Shown: positions 60,170-64,000 of the stretch, one piece after another
Position numbering within the stretch: position 1 is the first letter of the stretch
Layout: each line of letters starts with the position of its first letter
NCBI GenBank assembly: GCA_963728165.1
Contig: CAVSIY010000008.1
Location: 34,397 to 98,396, forward strand
Direction: 5' to 3'
DNA: 64,000 nucleotides
DNA from: an uncultured Alphaproteobacteria bacterium
GTDB lineage: Bacteria; Pseudomonadota; Alphaproteobacteria; Rhizobiales; Hyphomicrobiaceae
Program-made: the position numbers and the translations under genes
Notes under the pieces: model-generated
Database searches by the model: none
Seen by the model: only the letters and a program-made list of their open reading frames with translations
Told to the model about the DNA's origin: nothing

Positions 60170-60536
60170 ATGATCGAGCTCTTGAAAGACTTCCCCGGAA
60201 ACGTCGTCGCACTTGTCGGCGGCCGGCCGCGTGACGAAAGAAGATTACGAGAAGGTGGTGATCCCGGCGGTCGAGCGTGCGCTGTCCCAGCACGACAAGG
60301 TGCGCCTCTACTATCAGATCGGCACCGACTTTTCCGGCATCGATCCCGGCGCCATGTGGGCTGACACCAAAGTCGGCATGGGGCATTTCCTGCGCTGGGA
60401 TCGAATCGCGGTGGTGACCGATGTCGACTGGATCCGCCTTTCGGTGACGGCCTTCGGCTTCCTGATGCCGGCGCAAGTCAACGTCTATTCGACGGCAGAG
60501 GCCGCCGCAGCGAAGAAATGGATCACCACCGTGTAA
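60170..60536 (+). CDS. SpoIIAA-like / STAS-SEC14 domain protein (+1 frameshift at ~60215)
   Basis: MIELL..FP.NVVA / G.VT.EDY..V.IP, A.W.D..VG..H..RWDRIAVVTD..WI; GGAGG RBS. Confidence 0.82.
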
Positions 60537-60645
60537 GTCGGCGGCACCGCACTTGACCAGCAGGCCTTCGACTGGGAAAGACTTCGGCTGGCCGGCTCGT
60601 CCGCGCCGGCCGATGCCGTTCGCTTAAGCAGCAAGAGGTCGAGCG

Positions 60646-61618
60646 ATGACTGCGGTAGCCAAACCTGCGGCGGAGTGGGCGCTCGTCGGCGACATCGGCG
60701 CGACCAACGCGCGCTTCGCGCTGGTGGCGCCCAACGGAGAGCTCGCCGAGATCCAAACGCTGTTGTGCGAGGACTACCCGACCATTGCCGACGCCATCGC
60801 CGCCTACCTCACGGAAGCGAGCGGCGCGAAGCCGGTAGAGGCCGTACTCGCAGTGGCCGCCTCGCCCACGGGGGACGAGGTCTCGATGACCAACCATCCC
60901 TGGACCTTCTCGATCGAGGCGCTGCGGCAGGCGATCGGGCTTGAACGGCTCAAGGTCGTCAACGACTTTCACGCCAACGCGGCCGTCGTCCCGCATCTGG
61001 CGCCGCCTGAGCGCAACAAGATCGGTCGCGGAGAGCCGATCGCCGGGGCGCCCATCGGCGTCATCGGGCCGGGCACCGGCCTTGGGGTGAGCACGCTCGT
61101 CCCAACATCGGCAGGACCCAAGCCCATGCCGGGCGAAGGCGGGCACGTCACCATGGCGCCGGCCGATGCGCGCGAGAGCGCCGTGCTGGAGATCATGCGC
61201 TCACGCTATGATCACGTCTCAGCCGAGCGCGTCCTGTCGGGGCCCGGCCTCGTCAATCTCTACAATACGCTGTGCGAGCTCGAGCACGTCAAGGCGGCAC
61301 CGCTCACTGCCGCGCAGATCACCGACCCGAAAATCGCCATGACCGACGCACGCGCGCGCGAGGCGACGGCCATGTTCTGCGCCATGCTCGGCACCATCGC
61401 CGGCAACCTGGCGCTGACGCTCGGGCGCACAGGGCGGAATCTACATCGCCGGCGGCATTGTGCCTAAGCTCGGCGACGCCTTCGCGCAATCGTCGTTCCG
61501 GGAACGCTTCGAGGCCAAAGGGCGGTTTTGCGAGTATCTTGCCGCGATCCCGACCTATGTCATCGTGCGTCCCTTCGCGGCGTTGCTCGGAGCCTCCAAG
61601 CTCCTCCACTCCGCTTGA
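60646..61618 (+). CDS. glk: Glucokinase (+1 frameshift at ~61425)
   Basis: [43 protein letters not shown]; the shifted frame gives [11 protein letters not shown]...[10 protein letters not shown]. Confidence 0.9.
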
Positions 61619-61620
61619 TC

Positions 61621-62559
61621 TCAGACGGCCTCGATCGTCACCTGGCCCAGAAGACGCTCGACGTCCTCCTTGCGGCAAAGGTCGGTCGCCGGCGTGAGCA
61701 GCGCCGCCGATCCCGCCGCAATGGCGTGGCGCAGCGCCTCGTGCGGCGCCTGCCCGCTGCTCAAGGCCCAGATGAAAGCCCCGAGAAAGCTGTCTCCCGC
61801 GCCCACCGCGCTGACGAGCTTCACCGGCAGCCCGGCGGCATACCAGGCCTCCTCCCGGCCGACAAGCAAAGCGCCGCGCTCGGCGAGCGTCAGGGCGACG
61901 AACTCCGCCCCGCCGGCCGCAATCAGCTGGCGGCAGGCGCCGATCCATTCGGCCTTGCTCGTCAAGGGCGCGTCCATCAGATCACGCATCTCGCGCAGGT
62001 TAGGCTTGATGAGATGCACGCCTTTCTTCAGCGCGGCCTGCAACACCGGCTTCGTGCTGTCGACGATGAGCTTTGCACCTTTGTCCTTCGCGAGGTCGGC
62101 CAAGACACTGAAGAAGTCGGCCGGCACGCCTGCCGGCAGGCTGCCGCTGGCAACGATGAACGAAAGGGAAGCATCGAACGCGGTGATGGTCTCCAGGCAG
62201 GAGCGCCATTCCGGCTCGCTCAGCTGCGGTCCGGGCACCACGAAGCGGTATTGCTCACCGCTTACCTGCTCGAAAACGGTGAAATCCTCGCGCGTCTCCT
62301 CGGCAATCGCCACCGTGCGACTCTGCACGCCCTCCGCATCGGTGAGCTTGCGCAAAAGCGCGCCGATCATGCCACCGGCGGGATAGACCGCGACGACATC
62401 ACTGCCCAACCGGCGCACGACGCGGGCCACGTTGATACCGCCGCCGCCGGGATCGCGCCGCACCGGGCCGCAGCGCAGCTTGTGGATGGGCTCCAGGCGC
62501 TCCACGGAGGTGGAGACGTCGATCGTCGGATTGAGGGTTAGCGTGAGAATGCTCGCCAT
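61621..62559 (-). CDS. pfkB: 1-phosphofructokinase-family hexose kinase (PfkB / Pfk-2)
   Basis: TLTLNPTID, PGGGGINVARV, SGSLP.GV, IKPN..E, SAVGAGDSFLG. Confidence 0.92.
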   Translation of the reverse strand: MASILTLTLNPTIDVSTSVERLEPIHKLRCGPVRRDPGGGGINVARVVRRLGSDVVAVYPAGGMIGALLRKLTDAEGVQSRTVAIAEETREDFTVFEQVSGEQYRFVVPGPQLSEPEWRSCLETITAFDASLSFIVASGSLPAGVPADFFSVLADLAKDKGAKLIVDSTKPVLQAALKKGVHLIKPNLREMRDLMDAPLTSKAEWIGACRQLIAAGGAEFVALTLAERGALLVGREEAWYAAGLPVKLVSAVGAGDSFLGAFIWALSSGQAPHEALRHAIAAGSAALLTPATDLCRKEDVERLLGQVTIEAV

Positions 62560-62571
62560 GTTTGCGCGAGC

Positions 62572-62832
62572 TTACTTCAGTATCTCGGATTCGGCTTGCG
62601 GCAGATGCTTCTGGACGCGCTCCAGAAAGGCTTCCCACGACAGATTGAACAGATCGAGCAGCAGAATGAGCCCGCCAGCTGAGAGCTTCTCCTCCCCCGT
62701 CTCAATGCGTGTAACCGCGAGCTCTGGCACCTCGAGCGCGGCCGCCATCCGCTCGCGCAGGGCATGGTGCTCCTCATGCAGCTCGCGCACCGCCAAGCCG
62801 ACGGCCAGATCATAGGCGGCTCGCTTGTGCAT
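62572..62832 (-). CDS. Small XRE-like helix-turn-helix protein
   Basis: VG.AVRELHEE....RE.MAAALEVPELAVTRIETGE..LS; ATG at 62832, 11 bp after the upstream stop. Confidence 0.6.
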   Translation of the reverse strand: MHKRAAYDLAVGLAVRELHEEHHALRERMAAALEVPELAVTRIETGEEKLSAGGLILLLDLFNLSWEAFLERVQKHLPQAESEILK

Positions 62833-62843
62833 AGTGTCCCCCT

Positions 62844-64000
62844 TCAGACCCCGAACGGATAGGTGTCGGGCAGCCCCTCGAGCTGCACCGTCTCGAACGG
62901 CGTCACCGCCTTGGTCGCATCGAACCAGACATACTCGTCGAACTGCTGCGGCAGCACCGCCTGGAAATAGTGGCTCGCAAGCTCCGTCTCGGGCCGATAG
63001 ATCACGCCGATGGCGCGCTCGAGCCGCGGCTTGGTCAGCGCCTCGCGCAGCTCGCCCCCAAGCGTGGACCCCAGCGGCAAGAGAAACTGCTGCTTGCCCG
63101 TCGCCTCGGAGCCCGTATGGCACAAGCGCTCGTAGCTGCGCGCCAGCGCTGGGCGCACCGACTTGAACTCCACCGGGCCGTCCCATTCGGAGGCCGCGGC
63201 GACCGTCCCGTGATCGGTGCCGAAGCCGACGAGGTAGGCGCCGGTGCCGAACTCGGCGCGGCACAGCTGGCCGATGTTGTGCTCGCCGCGCATCGACATC
63301 TCGGTCGCCCGTGCGTTGCCGACGTGCGAGTTGTGCGCCCACACGATGGCCTTGGACTGCGGCCCGTAGAAGTGCAAGAGCGTCTTCAAGGTGTCGAACA
63401 TGTGGCTGTCGCGCAGGTTCCAGGAGGCGCGCGAGCCGTAGTACATGATGCGGTAGTAGCGCTCCGCATTGGCGACGAGGCGTGCGTTCTGCACCGCGTC
63501 GAGAAAGCGCTCGCCGTCGTGCAGCGCATACTCGCTCGACTTCGCCAGGATGCTGTTCAGCATGTGCACGACGTCGTGCTCGCAGGAGCGGTAGGTCCCG
63601 GTGAGCGCGGCGCGGCCGTAGGTCGCCGGATCGGCCTGCCAGGGCGTCAGGCAGCCGTAGCGCTCGCGCGCGATCGCCGCAGTCGCCGGATCCACGTCCT
63701 CGAGATAGGACAGCACCGAGCGCATGGAGTTGTAGAGGCTGTAGAGGTCGAGCCCATGGAAGGCGACGCGCCGCTCGAGCGGCACGGCACCGTTGTACTC
63801 GCGCATCCAATCGACGAAGGCGCGCACCTCCTCGTTGCGCCACATCCAGGTGGGGAAGCGGGCAAACGCCGTCCACTCGGAGGGCGGGAACTCGGAGTGG
63901 CGCACATAGTGGTCGACGCGTGCAGCGTCCGGCCAGTCGCCCTCGATGGCGACGAAACGAAAGCCCTTCTTCAAAATCAGCTCGCGCGAAATGCGCGCGC
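62844..64000 (-). CDS. Erythromycin esterase family protein (5' end outside window)
   Basis: FVAIEGDWPDA, FHGLDLYS, SWNLRD.HM, VWAHNSHVG.ARAT, LERAIGVIYRP, QFD...WFD. Confidence 0.88.
   Translation of the reverse strand, partial: ARISRELILKKGFRFVAIEGDWPDAARVDHYVRHSEFPPSEWTAFARFPTWMWRNEEVRAFVDWMREYNGAVPLERRVAFHGLDLYSLYNSMRSVLSYLEDVDPATAAIARERYGCLTPWQADPATYGRAALTGTYRSCEHDVVHMLNSILAKSSEYALHDGERFLDAVQNARLVANAERYYRIMYYGSRASWNLRDSHMFDTLKTLLHFYGPQSKAIVWAHNSHVGNARATEMSMRGEHNIGQLCRAEFGTGAYLVGFGTDHGTVAAASEWDGPVEFKSVRPALARSYERLCHTGSEATGKQQFLLPLGSTLGGELREALTKPRLERAIGVIYRPETELASHYFQAVLPQQFDEYVWFDATKAVTPFETVQLEGLPDTYPFGV

Noticed and set aside
62844-64000. Macrolide resistance gene (ereA/ereB)
   Set aside because: It belongs to the broad erythromycin-esterase-like superfamily in a metabolic or stress operon with no mobile context; resistance cannot be inferred.

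Overview
This window is high-GC alphaproteobacterial chromosome. Gene content and order (hspQ-ialB-SBP, mfd-sdhE-recG-DUF502, glmU-glmS, efp-epmA/epmB) point to Rhizobiales/Hyphomicrobiales, probably Hyphomicrobiaceae-like; that placement is inference. Core housekeeping blocks alternate with accessory patches: (i) 2.4-11 kb: three AraC/FeaR-like regulators, a membrane-anchored PPC-repeat protein, two tiny secreted two-Cys peptides (one absent from the ORF track, one with a mis-called start), an OmpR-type two-component system and MarR; (ii) 31.8-38.3 kb: peptidases and exported proteins; (iii) 40.4-43.5 kb: four genes lying between epmA and epmB, including a 12-Cys secreted repeat protein; (iv) 47.3-54.1 kb: a copper cluster (Cys/His leader gene-cusB-cusA-AhpD-like-copC-copD); (v) 54-64 kb: a putative low-oxygen island around an FNR/FixK box (CaCA antiporter, atypical P-type IIA ATPase, phaC, glk, pfkB, erythromycin-esterase-like protein). 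Ten genes or sites (mfd x3, recG, DUF502, glmU, cusA, copD, SpoIIAA-like, glk) carry a single +1 frameshift, most likely sequencing error; they are reported here as full genes. I saw no tRNA, rRNA, CRISPR array, transposase or prophage. Three paired REP/RIME-like palindromic elements are present. All family calls come from motif recognition by eye; no database search was run.
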